A stretch of DNA of 64,000 nt. Origin: Candidatus Latescibacterota bacterium. GTDB lineage: Bacteria; Latescibacterota; UBA2968; UBA8231. A program made the translations under genes and the position numbers. The notes below the pieces were generated by a model that saw only the letters and a list, made by a program, of their open reading frames with translations, was not told the DNA's origin and did no database searches. Positions 1 to 9,216 of the stretch are shown one piece after another. Position 1 is the first letter of the stretch; each line of letters begins with the position of its first letter. The DNA is taken from contig OZ220089.1 in assembly GCA_964291625.2 (NCBI GenBank), positions 2,368,001 to 2,432,000 on the forward strand, given 5' to 3'.

Positions 1-309
1 CTCGACCTCGAGCGTCCCGTGGCCGGGGCCAAGCCGGCCATGGTCGCCGAGGTGATGCTCGTCCTCGAGGTCCATCCCGGCGCCATCGTGGTGCCGAACC
101 AGGCCCTTGTCCGCACCGAGGAGGGATTCTCCGCCTTCGTCGCGGCCGAGGGCGTGGAGGGCCCCGTCGCCCGGGCGCGTCCCGTCACCCTCGGCGCCTC
201 CGGCGGCGACGAGGTGGTGGCCACCTCCGGCCTGTCCCCGGCGGACCGCCTGATCGTCGTCGGCCAGCAGCAGGTGGCCGACGGCGACCGCCTGCGCATC
301 GTGCCATGA
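1..309 (+). CDS. RND efflux periplasmic adaptor (membrane fusion protein), C-terminal part; 5' end outside window
   Basis: AIVVPNQAL...RPVTLG...GLSPADRLIVVGQQQVADG is a typical MFP C-terminus; stop overlaps the next start (ATGA at 306-309). Confidence 0.85.
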   Translation, partial: LDLERPVAGAKPAMVAEVMLVLEVHPGAIVVPNQALVRTEEGFSAFVAAEGVEGPVARARPVTLGASGGDEVVATSGLSPADRLIVVGQQQVADGDRLRIVP

Positions 310-3300
310 CCGACCGTCCCGGCGTCGACGCCTTCGACGAGCTGCCCCTCACCTCCTGGGCCGTGCGCCACGGCACCAGCGTGCTCGTGCTCTTCGCCAT
401 CATCGCCCTGGCCGGCGTCGCGGCCTACCGCACCGTCCCCAAGGAGGCCTTCCCCCAGATCGAGATCCCCGTCATCGCGGTGAACACCATTTACCCGGGG
501 GTGTCGCCGAAGGACATGGAGTCCCTGGTGACGCGCGAGCTGGAGCAGGAGCTCAAGACGATCCCGGACCTGAAGGAGCTGACCTCGACCTCCGTCGAGG
601 GCTACTCCAGCATCGTCGCCGAGTTCAGCACCGATGTCGACCTCCACGAGGCCATGCGACTCGTGCGCGAGAAGGTCGACCTGGCCAAGGGCGAGCTCCC
701 CGCCGACGCCGAGGAGCCCCGGATCTACGAGTTCGACTTCGAGGACGTGCCGATCCTGCAGGTGAACCTCTCCGGCGACTACGGGCTGGTCCGCCTCAAG
801 CAGCTGGGCGAGGAGCTGCAGGACCGCCTGGAGCAGATCCCCTCGGTGCTGCGCGTCGACCTTCGCGGGGGGCGCGAGCGCGAGGTGCAGGTCGACGTCT
901 CCCTGCCGCGCCTGCTCTACTACGGTCTGACCCTGAAGGACGTGGTCGAGACGGTGCGCGACGAGAACGTCAACATCCCCGGCGGCTCCATCGACGTGGG
1001 GGAGCTGAAGTTCCTGGTTCGCGTCGACGGCGAGATCGACGACCCCCGGTCGATCGGCGACCTCGTGGTCGCCGCCCCGGAAGGCCGGCCGGTCTACGTG
1101 CGCGACCTGGCCGACGTCGACTTCGGATTTGCCGAGCGCCGCAGCTACGCCCGCCTCGACGGCCGGCCGGTGGTGACCCTCGACGTGATCAAGCGGACGG
1201 GGGAGAACATCATCGAGACGGCCGACGCCGTGCGCGCCGTCATCGCCGGCATGGAGCTGGAGCTGCCGCCGACGACGGTGGTCAAGACGACCTCCGACAT
1301 GTCCCGCGACATCCGCATGATGGTCAGCAGCCTCGAGAACAACATCCTCTCCGGCCTGCTGCTGATCGTGGGGGTGCTCCTGTTCTTCCTCGGCGTGCGC
1401 ACCTCGGTCTTCGTGGGCGTCGCCATCCCCACGTCGATGCTGCTCTCCTTCCTCGTTCTCGGGCTGCTCGGCGTGACCATGAACATGGTGGTCCTGTTCT
1501 CCCTGATCCTGGCCCTCGGCATGCTGGTGGACAACGCCATCGTCATCGTCGAGAACACCTACCGCTACGTCGAGGAGGGCTGGGACCGGGCCGAGGCGGC
1601 TCGCAAGGCCACGGGCGAGGTGGCCCTGCCCGTCATCGCCTCGACGCTGACGACCCTGGCCGCCTTCAGTCCGCTCCTGTTCTGGTCGGGCACCGTGGGG
1701 GAGTTCATGAGGTACCTCCCCATGACCCTGATCGTCACCCTCGCCAGCTCCCTCTTCGTGGCCCTCGTCATCGTCCCGGTCCTGTGCAGCCGCTGGCTGC
1801 GGCTGGAGGGAGAGCGTCCCCCCGGGCTGCCGCGCACGGGGCGCCTGGCGCTGATCGGGCTGGCCCTTCTGGCCGCCGCGGGTCTGGCCGCGGTCAACGC
1901 CCTGACCGCGGCCCTGCTGGCCGCCACCGCCGCCGCGGCCATCCTCGCTCATCGACTGGTCCTCGGCCCCCTGGCGCACCGCTTCCAGGGGGCGGACCTG
2001 CCGTGGCTGATCGACCGCTACGAGGGGGCCCTGAGCTGGGCCCTCGGCCACCGCCTCGTCGTGGTCGCAGGGTCCGTGGCGGTGCTCGTGGTCATGGTCG
2101 CCGCCTTCGGCCGCTTCAACAGCGGCATCGTGTTCTTCCCGGAGGACATCCCGCCGAGGCAGGTCTGGGTCGACGCCCAGGCGCCGGTGGGCACCCGCGT
2201 CGAGTACCTCGACGGCATCGCCCGCGACCTGGAGCTGCAGGTGCGCGATGTCGAGGGCTTCGAGGACGCCGAGTCCGCGGTGACCACCGTGGGCGCCGGC
2301 GGCAGCCCCCTCATCGGCGGCACCAGCGGGGCCAACGACGCGCGCGTCATGGTGAACTTCACCGAGTACCACGAGCGGCGGTTCGACAGCTTCGAGACCC
2401 TGGCGCGCATGCAGGAGCGGGTGGGCCGCGAGATCGCCGGCGCCGAGATCTCGGTGGACAAGCCGGTCGACGGCCCGCCCCAGGGGGCGCCGGTGAACAT
2501 CGAGATCGTCGGCAAGGACCCCCGGGTGCTCAAGGACCTCTCCGACCGCGTGCTGCAGATCCTCAGAAGCTCCCCCGTGGCGCCGAAGCTCAGCGGCCTG
2601 GAGAGCGACCTCGACGAGGCCCGTCCGGAGCTGGCCGTGCACGTGGACCGGGAGAGGGCGGCCATGTACGGACTGTCCACGGCGAAGGTGGCCGGCGTCG
2701 TGCGCACCGCCGTGCAGGGCATGGAGGCGAGCCGCTACCGCACCGGCAACGACGAGTACGACGTGGTCGTGCGCCTCGCGGAGCCTTGGCGGAAGGACCT
2801 CGAGTCGCTGCGCGACCTGGTCGTTCAGAACGGTCCGGGCGAGCCGATCCCCCTGGTCTCGGTCGCCCACTGGACGGTGGGAGAGGGCCTCGGATCGATC
2901 CGCCGCAAGGACATGGACCGCATGGCCACGATCAGCTCGGACGTGCGCGCCGGCCTCAACAAGAACGCCGTCTTCTTCGAGGTGCAGGAAACCCTCGCCC
3001 CCTTCGTCGCGAGCGAGCTGCCGCCGGGCTACACGGTCCGCTACACCGGCCAGCAGGAGGAACAAGGCGAGGCCATGGAGTTCCTGGCCACCGCCTTCCT
3101 GGCCGCCCTGGGCCTGATCGCCTTCATCCTCGTGACCCAGTTCAACTCGGTGATCAAGCCCGTCATCATCCTCACGTCGGTGATCATGTCCACCGCCGGC
3201 GTCCTCCTGGGTCTCATGGTCTTCCGCATGCCCTTCGGCATCATCATGACCGGCGTCGGCGTCATCTCCCTGGCGGGCATCGTCGTCAACAACGCCATCG

Positions 3301-3701
3301 TCCTCGTCCACTACATCGACATCCTGCGCCGCCGCGACGGGCTCGACCGCCAGGCCGCCCTCCTCCGCGCCGGCCGCACCCGCCTGCGCCCCGTGATCCT
3401 GACGGCGGTCACCACCGCCCTCGGCCTGGTGCCGCTGGCCATCGGCCTCAACTTCGACTTCTTCGGCCTCTTCGGCAGCCTCGACCCCAACCTCTACTGG
3501 GGCGGCGAGCAGGCCGCCTGGTGGGGCCCCATGGCGATCGCCGTCATCGTCGGCATCCTCTTCGCCACCTTCCTGACCCTGATCCTCGTGCCGGTCATGT
3601 ACTCGCTGACCGACGACATGGGGCGGTTCCTGTCCCGCCACTTCTCGGCGGGCGGAGGTCAGGCGGAGACGGGGGGAGGCGCTCCGGTTCCGGGCGGTTG
3701 A
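306..3701 (+). CDS. AcrB/AcrD/AcrF-family RND transporter permease
   Basis: 1131 aa, multiple hydrophobic TM segments, GMLVDNAIV, GIVVNNAIV and RLRPVILT motifs. Confidence 0.95.
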   Translation: MTDRPGVDAFDELPLTSWAVRHGTSVLVLFAIIALAGVAAYRTVPKEAFPQIEIPVIAVNTIYPGVSPKDMESLVTRELEQELKTIPDLKELTSTSVEGYSSIVAEFSTDVDLHEAMRLVREKVDLAKGELPADAEEPRIYEFDFEDVPILQVNLSGDYGLVRLKQLGEELQDRLEQIPSVLRVDLRGGREREVQVDVSLPRLLYYGLTLKDVVETVRDENVNIPGGSIDVGELKFLVRVDGEIDDPRSIGDLVVAAPEGRPVYVRDLADVDFGFAERRSYARLDGRPVVTLDVIKRTGENIIETADAVRAVIAGMELELPPTTVVKTTSDMSRDIRMMVSSLENNILSGLLLIVGVLLFFLGVRTSVFVGVAIPTSMLLSFLVLGLLGVTMNMVVLFSLILALGMLVDNAIVIVENTYRYVEEGWDRAEAARKATGEVALPVIASTLTTLAAFSPLLFWSGTVGEFMRYLPMTLIVTLASSLFVALVIVPVLCSRWLRLEGERPPGLPRTGRLALIGLALLAAAGLAAVNALTAALLAATAAAAILAHRLVLGPLAHRFQGADLPWLIDRYEGALSWALGHRLVVVAGSVAVLVVMVAAFGRFNSGIVFFPEDIPPRQVWVDAQAPVGTRVEYLDGIARDLELQVRDVEGFEDAESAVTTVGAGGSPLIGGTSGANDARVMVNFTEYHERRFDSFETLARMQERVGREIAGAEISVDKPVDGPPQGAPVNIEIVGKDPRVLKDLSDRVLQILRSSPVAPKLSGLESDLDEARPELAVHVDRERAAMYGLSTAKVAGVVRTAVQGMEASRYRTGNDEYDVVVRLAEPWRKDLESLRDLVVQNGPGEPIPLVSVAHWTVGEGLGSIRRKDMDRMATISSDVRAGLNKNAVFFEVQETLAPFVASELPPGYTVRYTGQQEEQGEAMEFLATAFLAALGLIAFILVTQFNSVIKPVIILTSVIMSTAGVLLGLMVFRMPFGIIMTGVGVISLAGIVVNNAIVLVHYIDILRRRDGLDRQAALLRAGRTRLRPVILTAVTTALGLVPLAIGLNFDFFGLFGSLDPNLYWGGEQAAWWGPMAIAVIVGILFATFLTLILVPVMYSLTDDMGRFLSRHFSAGGGQAETGGGAPVPGG

Positions 3702-3733
3702 CCAAGCCGGGACTCGAAAGAGCATCACAAATC

Positions 3734-4774
3734 ATGGACGGCAATAGGAACAAAAAACGACTCGGTCTGGCCGTTGCGTTAGTCCTGGCAGCGACCTCGG
3801 CAGAGGCGGAGACCGCCAGCAAACTCCTGTTTTCCGGATGTGGGGGTCTGTGCCTTCTGGACCCCGACAACGTCGAAGCGGGCCCGACTCCCTTCCTGTC
3901 TCCAGACCATATCGACGAGTTTGCCCGGGATTTTGCGGGGTGGTGTTTTCAGCATGCATGGTCGCTTGACGGCGATAGAGTCGTGTTCGTAACTGCTACT
4001 GGATTGCCGCCGAACAGCGACATATGGAGTATCCGTTCAGACGGTACCGACCTGCGGCAGCTTGTGCGACAGAGACGCAAGTGTGAGGTTGATGGCTCCT
4101 GGCGTACCGAGGATGAGAGATACGATCTGTGCCTGCCCAGCTTTTACTATGGGATTTCCTGGTCGCCCCATGGATCGGAGATTGCTTTCATGGATTACAA
4201 GACTATCTCCTTCCTGAAGCCGCAGGACGAGATCCAGGAAGAACCATCGGATTATGTGGATGTCTTCATGTTTGCAAGGCGCACAGGAAAACTGCAAGGG
4301 TACGCTCATTCTGTCGATTGGGCTCCCAGTGGCCGCATCTATTACTGTAGTGGCGATTGGGACGGTCGGGAGATATGGTCTGTTTCCCGGGACGGAACAG
4401 ATTCTCAGTTCGTACACCAGGGATGCTCTCCTGAGGTGTCTCCGGATGGGACGATGATTTCCTTCCTTAGCGCCGATGGGCTTGAGACCACTGGCGTGTT
4501 CGTTGTGAACATCGACGGCTCCAATCCGAGATTTGTTTCGAAGGGTGTACGTTCCTCCTGGTCTCCTGATTCCAGACGCCTTGCCGTTATTGAGGTCACG
4601 GGGAGACGGAGTGGACTGATCAAGCTCATCAATGCCGATGGAGCCAACCCGGTTGTTGTGCATGAGTTTACGGACGACGTTGTGGATGATGTAGACTGGT
4701 CTCCCTGGCTGGGCGCTCCCACCAAGGTATCCCCAGCCTCCTGGGGCCATCTGAAACAGGGGCTGGCTCCATGA
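3734..4774 (+). CDS. Secreted TolB-like/PD40 beta-propeller protein with C-terminal SWGxLK motif
   Basis: ATG 3734 in frame with ORF 1784..4774; signal peptide (KKRLGLAVALVLAATSAEA); repeated WSPDG-like motifs; ends PTKVSPASWGHLKQGLAP; visibly AT-richer than flanks. Confidence 0.8.
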   Translation: MDGNRNKKRLGLAVALVLAATSAEAETASKLLFSGCGGLCLLDPDNVEAGPTPFLSPDHIDEFARDFAGWCFQHAWSLDGDRVVFVTATGLPPNSDIWSIRSDGTDLRQLVRQRRKCEVDGSWRTEDERYDLCLPSFYYGISWSPHGSEIAFMDYKTISFLKPQDEIQEEPSDYVDVFMFARRTGKLQGYAHSVDWAPSGRIYYCSGDWDGREIWSVSRDGTDSQFVHQGCSPEVSPDGTMISFLSADGLETTGVFVVNIDGSNPRFVSKGVRSSWSPDSRRLAVIEVTGRRSGLIKLINADGANPVVVHEFTDDVVDDVDWSPWLGAPTKVSPASWGHLKQGLAP

Positions 4775-4965
4775 CATTGTACCCATCCCAACACCAACGG
4801 TCCGTGTAGGCAGATCCGGACCCCCAGATTGTGGTTGCGGACGAGGTCCTTCACCTCAACCAACCGGATGCTTCTCAGCAGTTCGAAGGCTCCCCCCTAC
4901 AGGTCCGGTCCACGATTCGGGTCCAGCCCCACGCGGGCCAGACCGGAGTGCCGCGAGGTTCGGCC

Positions 4966-5316
4966 ATGAGATTCGGTGACTTCGTCGAGGATCAGGTGTT
5001 TTCGCCTGCGCTCGTCGCCAACGCGTTGCGCACCACCAAGTCGGAGATCGCAGGCACGTTGGGCCTCGAAGAGGACGCATTTTCGAGCGCATCTCGGGTC
5101 AGGGCCCGGAAGACACAGACTCGTCTGCGCCAGATGCTGGAGATTCTGAACCGCGTCGAAGACGCCTCCGCATCCCCGCTTGCCGCATACACCTGGTTCC
5201 GCGCCGAGCCACTGCCCGGATTCGGTGGCGCCACCCCGGATCAGCTGCTGCGCGAAGGCAGGGCGGATCAGGTGCATGCCTGTCTCGACCGGATCATGGC
5301 CGGGGGCTATGCCTGA
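4966..5316 (+). CDS. Xre/MbcA/ParS-type antitoxin (DUF2384-like), no RES toxin partner
   Basis: N-terminal HTH-like segment plus C-terminal AYTWFRAEPLPGFGGATPDQLL...GGYA, typical of the MbcA/ParS toxin-binding domain; GAGG upstream of ATG 4966. Confidence 0.8.
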   Translation: MRFGDFVEDQVFSPALVANALRTTKSEIAGTLGLEEDAFSSASRVRARKTQTRLRQMLEILNRVEDASASPLAAYTWFRAEPLPGFGGATPDQLLREGRADQVHACLDRIMAGGYA

Positions 5317-5479
5317 GTCCCTGGCGGACCGTCTGATCGTCGGGAAGCCAGGCGGCTGCACCGGGACGGGCGACTGACACGCACCGCGGCTGCCGTACGG
5401 CTCCCGGGCTCCGGCCCAACGCGCCAGATGTTCCACAGGACCCCGGCGATTCCATCGGCGCATGTCCTCGGTGTAGTAG

Positions 5480-5701
5480 GCTGATGCGAAGGCCTGGACA
5501 GGCCTCCGAGATGGCCAGTCCCTTCTCCGCCGCCTCATCCTCGGACAGGCACAGCCGGCACCGACCCACCCCCCAGTCGTGATCACGGGACAGCTCGTCG
5601 TCCGTTCCCAGGCTGTCGGACCCGCCTCCCACGACGCCGGCGCTCAGCCGCTCCAGGACCCCGGGGAACTCCGACTCGAGGATGGGTACCTGGCAGTTCA
5701 T
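5480..5701 (-). pseudogene. Fragment of a DUF4037-like (nucleotidyltransferase-fold) gene
   Basis: GGGSDSLGTDDELSRDHDWG resembles the family N-terminal motif; similarity ends after about 70 codons; boundaries approximate. Confidence 0.5.
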
Positions 5702-5742
5702 TCCCCCGTTCTCCTTGGTTCGCCGAGACCACAAACGGTCCT

Positions 5743-5841
5743 GAAATGAGACGGAAACGAGACGTGTGCATCCCTTGCATCTTGACATGAAAAACAATGA
5801 CTTAGGAATGGATGGATCCCGAATCGGGACGGAAATGAGCC
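5743..5841 (+). promoter_or_regulatory. Promoter/operator region of the fic gene with paired 10-bp direct repeats
   Basis: GAAATGAGAC 5743, GAAACGAGAC 5754, GAATCGGGAC 5821, GAAATGAGCC 5832; TTGACA at 5782-5787; IHF-like AAACAATGACTTA at 5792-5804. Confidence 0.45.
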
Positions 5842-5845
5842 GAAA

Positions 5846-7093
5846 ATGGAGACCCCGGCCATCAGCCGCTACACGGTACCGCAGCGGTGGATCCGCTACG
5901 ACCCCACGGGGGTCTTCGATCTGCTGGTTCAGGCCAAGGCCGCCGCCGGAGTCCTGAATCGAATGCCGTATCTGCCCCGATGGATCGAGCAGGTCCACGA
6001 GGAACAGTTGCGGCTGGAGGCGGCCGGCACCTCGCGCATCGAAGGCGCCGAGTTCACGCAGAGGGAGCAGGAGGAGGCCCTCGCTCCCGACCCTCCCGCA
6101 CACGCCGGCCTGACCCATTCCCAGCGGCAACTGCGAGCCGCCGACGCCACCTACCGCTGGATGCGCTCACAGCCGGCCGACCGGTGGATCACCACCGACT
6201 TCATCCTGGACATTCACCGGCGCATCGTGACCGGCTGCGACGACGATCACTGCGATCCCGGAGCGCTGTGCCCCCAGGGCTGGAACGTCGCCTTCGGCAC
6301 GCCACCCTGCCGGGGGGCCGAAGGCGGCGCCGAGTGCCGCTTCGCCTTCGATTCTCTCTGTGCCGCCATCGCCGGCGAGTTCAGGCAACACGACCGGATC
6401 ATCCAGGCCATCGCCATCCACTACCACCTGGGATCGATGCACCCCTTCGGCGACGGCAACGGCCGCACCGCCCGCGCGCTGGAGGCGTTCATGCTGCGGC
6501 AGGCCGGGGTCAACGACATGGTGATGGTCAGCCTCTCCAACTACTACTACGAGCACAAGGATGAGTACCTGGCGGCCCTCTTCGCCTCGCGGAGCGGAGG
6601 ACACGACCTGACTCCCTTCCTCCGATTCGCCCTCGGGGCGGTCGCCGAGCGCTGCCACGCGGTCGTGGAGGCGATCGCCATCTACCACCGGCGCACCCTG
6701 TTCCGGGAGTTCGCCCGATCCTTGTTCGGACAGCTCCGCAGTCCCCGCCGCCGGGTCCTGGCTGGGCGCCAACTGAGAGTCCTGGATGTCCTGCTGGAGG
6801 GCGGTTCCATCAGCGTGAATGAACTGGCGGACACGGTCCGGGGCGACTACGACGGCCTCAAGTTCCCTCTGCGCGCCTTTGTGCGGGATCTCGTCGGGCT
6901 GCTCGAGCTGTCCGCGATCACGCTTGACAACAACCGGGTCGCGGCCAATCTGGACTGGCCAAGGCAGTCTTCGGAATCGGAGCTGTTGGAACGGTTGGAG
7001 AGCATGCCCGCCGCGGCATCGGCCAGGAATCCGGCTATGGCGAAGTTGTCCCGGCTGCTGGGCCGGGACCGTGGGCTCGGTCCTCCCAGGTGA
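5846..7093 (+). CDS. Fic-family AMPylase, class II type (N-terminal auto-inhibitory helix), with probable C-terminal wHTH
   Basis: Canonical HPFGDGNGRTAR catalytic motif; TSRIEG matches the (S/T)xxxE(G/N) inhibitory motif; C-terminal RQLRVLDVLLEGGSISVNELA is wHTH-like. Confidence 0.9.
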   Translation: METPAISRYTVPQRWIRYDPTGVFDLLVQAKAAAGVLNRMPYLPRWIEQVHEEQLRLEAAGTSRIEGAEFTQREQEEALAPDPPAHAGLTHSQRQLRAADATYRWMRSQPADRWITTDFILDIHRRIVTGCDDDHCDPGALCPQGWNVAFGTPPCRGAEGGAECRFAFDSLCAAIAGEFRQHDRIIQAIAIHYHLGSMHPFGDGNGRTARALEAFMLRQAGVNDMVMVSLSNYYYEHKDEYLAALFASRSGGHDLTPFLRFALGAVAERCHAVVEAIAIYHRRTLFREFARSLFGQLRSPRRRVLAGRQLRVLDVLLEGGSISVNELADTVRGDYDGLKFPLRAFVRDLVGLLELSAITLDNNRVAANLDWPRQSSESELLERLESMPAAASARNPAMAKLSRLLGRDRGLGPPR

Positions 7094-7105
7094 GTGGCAG
7101 GGAGA

Positions 7106-7843
7106 CTACTCCCCCTCCAGCGCCTTCAGCTCCGCCACCGCCCGTTCGTGGACGAACCCGTCGTAGACATCTCGCGCCGGGATTTCGACCGCCTTCTCCA
7201 GCAGCTCCCTCGCCCGTTCCCTGCCCTTCCTGCCGGCGAGCTTCGGCAGCCTGAGCGCATAGTCGAACAGCACCACCTTCGACCCCGGCGCCAGCTCCAG
7301 GGCGCGCTCGAAGTGGGCGGCCGCCTCCTTCTTGGTCGCCCCGTACATGACCCGGGCCATCATGCGCCCGGCGCGGCTGACGATGTCGGCGTTCCAGCCG
7401 CCGAGGGCCAAGTGCGCCAGGGCGTGGTCGGGATCGCGGGCGAGGGTGGCCTCGAACATCTTGCGAGTCTTGCCCCCGAGGCCCTTCCGGAGCGCCGTCA
7501 TGGTGCCGATGCTCTGCGCGTAGCGGCCGAGGGCGTGGCCCGACTGGAAGTACCCCTCGGGGTTGGCCGTATCCGCGCGCACCGCCTCCTCCCCCAGCTG
7601 CAGGGCGCGCTCGAACAGCTCCTTCTTCTCTTCCTCGGGAGCCGCGTAGTGCCCGTACACGGCGAGCGATCGCGCCGCCAGTGCATAGCCTTCCGTGGTC
7701 CCGGCGGCCTCGGCGATACCGGCCGCTTCGACGAAGCGGCCCTCCGCGAAAGCAGTCCTTGCCCCATCGATCGACTGCGCGTGGGCACCTGCCGCGAGCA
7801 CGAGCCCGACCGCGGCGACGCGGGCGAATCGGGAGTGGTTCAT
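7106..7843 (-). CDS. Secreted TPR-like helical repeat protein
   Basis: Start MNHSRFARVAAVGLVLAAGAHA (signal peptide); TPR-like repeats (ALARDPDHALAHLALG, FERALELAPGS). Confidence 0.7.
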   Translation of the reverse strand: MNHSRFARVAAVGLVLAAGAHAQSIDGARTAFAEGRFVEAAGIAEAAGTTEGYALAARSLAVYGHYAAPEEEKKELFERALQLGEEAVRADTANPEGYFQSGHALGRYAQSIGTMTALRKGLGGKTRKMFEATLARDPDHALAHLALGGWNADIVSRAGRMMARVMYGATKKEAAAHFERALELAPGSKVVLFDYALRLPKLAGRKGRERARELLEKAVEIPARDVYDGFVHERAVAELKALEGE

Positions 7844-7958
7844 CAGTGTAGCCTCCGTGTTCGGGCTGTTGGACGCGACACTCGCATCGGGAATAGCGTT
7901 CTGCCGCAATCTATGCCGGAACGAAACCAGAGGATAGACGGTCAGGAGACCTTCACCG

Positions 7959-9203
7959 ATGTCTGACGCAACCAGGTCACTCCTCGCCTTCCTGCTCGCG
8001 GCGTTCCTGGCAGGATGCGGCGGGGACAAACCCCTCCGCTTCGAGGCCGGGCCTCTCGGCGCTGTCGAGGTCGGCCCGGCCGATGCGGTGCAAGTGCGCT
8101 CCATGCTGCCGCTCCCGGGCCTGCAGGACGTCTCCGAATCGATCCGGAAAGCGATCGAGCTGGCCATCGAGGACTTTGGCCCCATTCATGGCCGCACGGT
8201 GTCGCTCGGGCAGCCGGTGGATACCATGTGCTCGAGAGAAGGCGGCGAAGAGGGCGCGCGGCGCATCGTTGCCGACCCCCAGGTGGCCGGCGTCATCGGC
8301 CCGGCCTGCTCCGAGGCGTCGGTGGGTGCCTCCCCCGTGCTCAGCGCCGCCGGGCTGGTGACGATCTCCCCGGCAAGCGCCTCCCCCGGTCTCACGTCGG
8401 ATCTCGCCGGAAACCCCGGACCCGACTACCACCCCGGCTTCTACCGCGTGTACAGCAACGGCCTCTACCAGGCCCGGGCGGTCGCCCGGTTCGCCCACGG
8501 CGAGCTGGGCCTGCGGCGGATGGCGACCGTCCACGACGGCGACTCGTTCACCCACGGGCTCGCCACCTCCTTCGCCAACGCTTTCGCCGCGCTCGGCGGG
8601 GAAGTCGTCGCCATCGCCTCGGTCGGCAAGGGGGACACGGACATGAGTGCCGTGCTGGAGGATCTCGCCGATTCCGGGCCCGACGGCATCTTCCTGCCCC
8701 TCTTCGCGGCCGAGGCCGCTCACCTCGTCAGGCAGCTGAGGGAGCTCGTCGCCCTGAGAGGGGCCACCCTCATCGCCGGCTCGGCTGCGGGCACGTCGGA
8801 GTTCCTCGGGAGCCCGCCATCGGAAGGGGTCTACCTGTCCGGGCACGACTCGGACTTCGGCTCCAACGTCAACGAAGTGACCGGCAAGAACGCGGCCGCC
8901 CTCGCGGCCGCGTACGAGGCCGCGACGGACGCCAACTTCTTCTTCCACGCCTACGACGCCGCGACGCTGCTCCTCAAGGCCATCGAATCGACTGCGGTCG
9001 AGGAGGGTGGAGTGCTGCACATGGACCGCGCCGCCCTGCGCGAGGAGATCGGGGCTGCAGCGGGATTCCAGGGGATCATCGGCAAGCTCAGCTGCGACGA
9101 GTTCGGAGACTGCGGCACCGGAAGGGTGAACATCTACTTCCACGCGGACTCCAGCATCACCGACGTGGCGCAACTGCCGGTGGTCTACCGGTACGAGCCT
9201 TGA
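7959..9203 (+). CDS. Branched-chain amino-acid ABC transporter substrate-binding lipoprotein (LivJ/K-like)
   Basis: AGGAG RBS; lipobox LAGC; GVIGPACS, ISPASASPGLT and AYDAATLLLKAIE motifs. Confidence 0.88.
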   Translation: MSDATRSLLAFLLAAFLAGCGGDKPLRFEAGPLGAVEVGPADAVQVRSMLPLPGLQDVSESIRKAIELAIEDFGPIHGRTVSLGQPVDTMCSREGGEEGARRIVADPQVAGVIGPACSEASVGASPVLSAAGLVTISPASASPGLTSDLAGNPGPDYHPGFYRVYSNGLYQARAVARFAHGELGLRRMATVHDGDSFTHGLATSFANAFAALGGEVVAIASVGKGDTDMSAVLEDLADSGPDGIFLPLFAAEAAHLVRQLRELVALRGATLIAGSAAGTSEFLGSPPSEGVYLSGHDSDFGSNVNEVTGKNAAALAAAYEAATDANFFFHAYDAATLLLKAIESTAVEEGGVLHMDRAALREEIGAAAGFQGIIGKLSCDEFGDCGTGRVNIYFHADSSITDVAQLPVVYRYEP

Positions 9204-9216
9204 ACTGCGCCCCCCT

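Noticed and set aside
1784-3733. N-terminal 650 aa of the 996-aa ORF 1784..4774
   Set aside because: Arg/Gly/Pro-rich off-frame shadow of the RND gene; the real protein starts at 3734 with a signal peptide.
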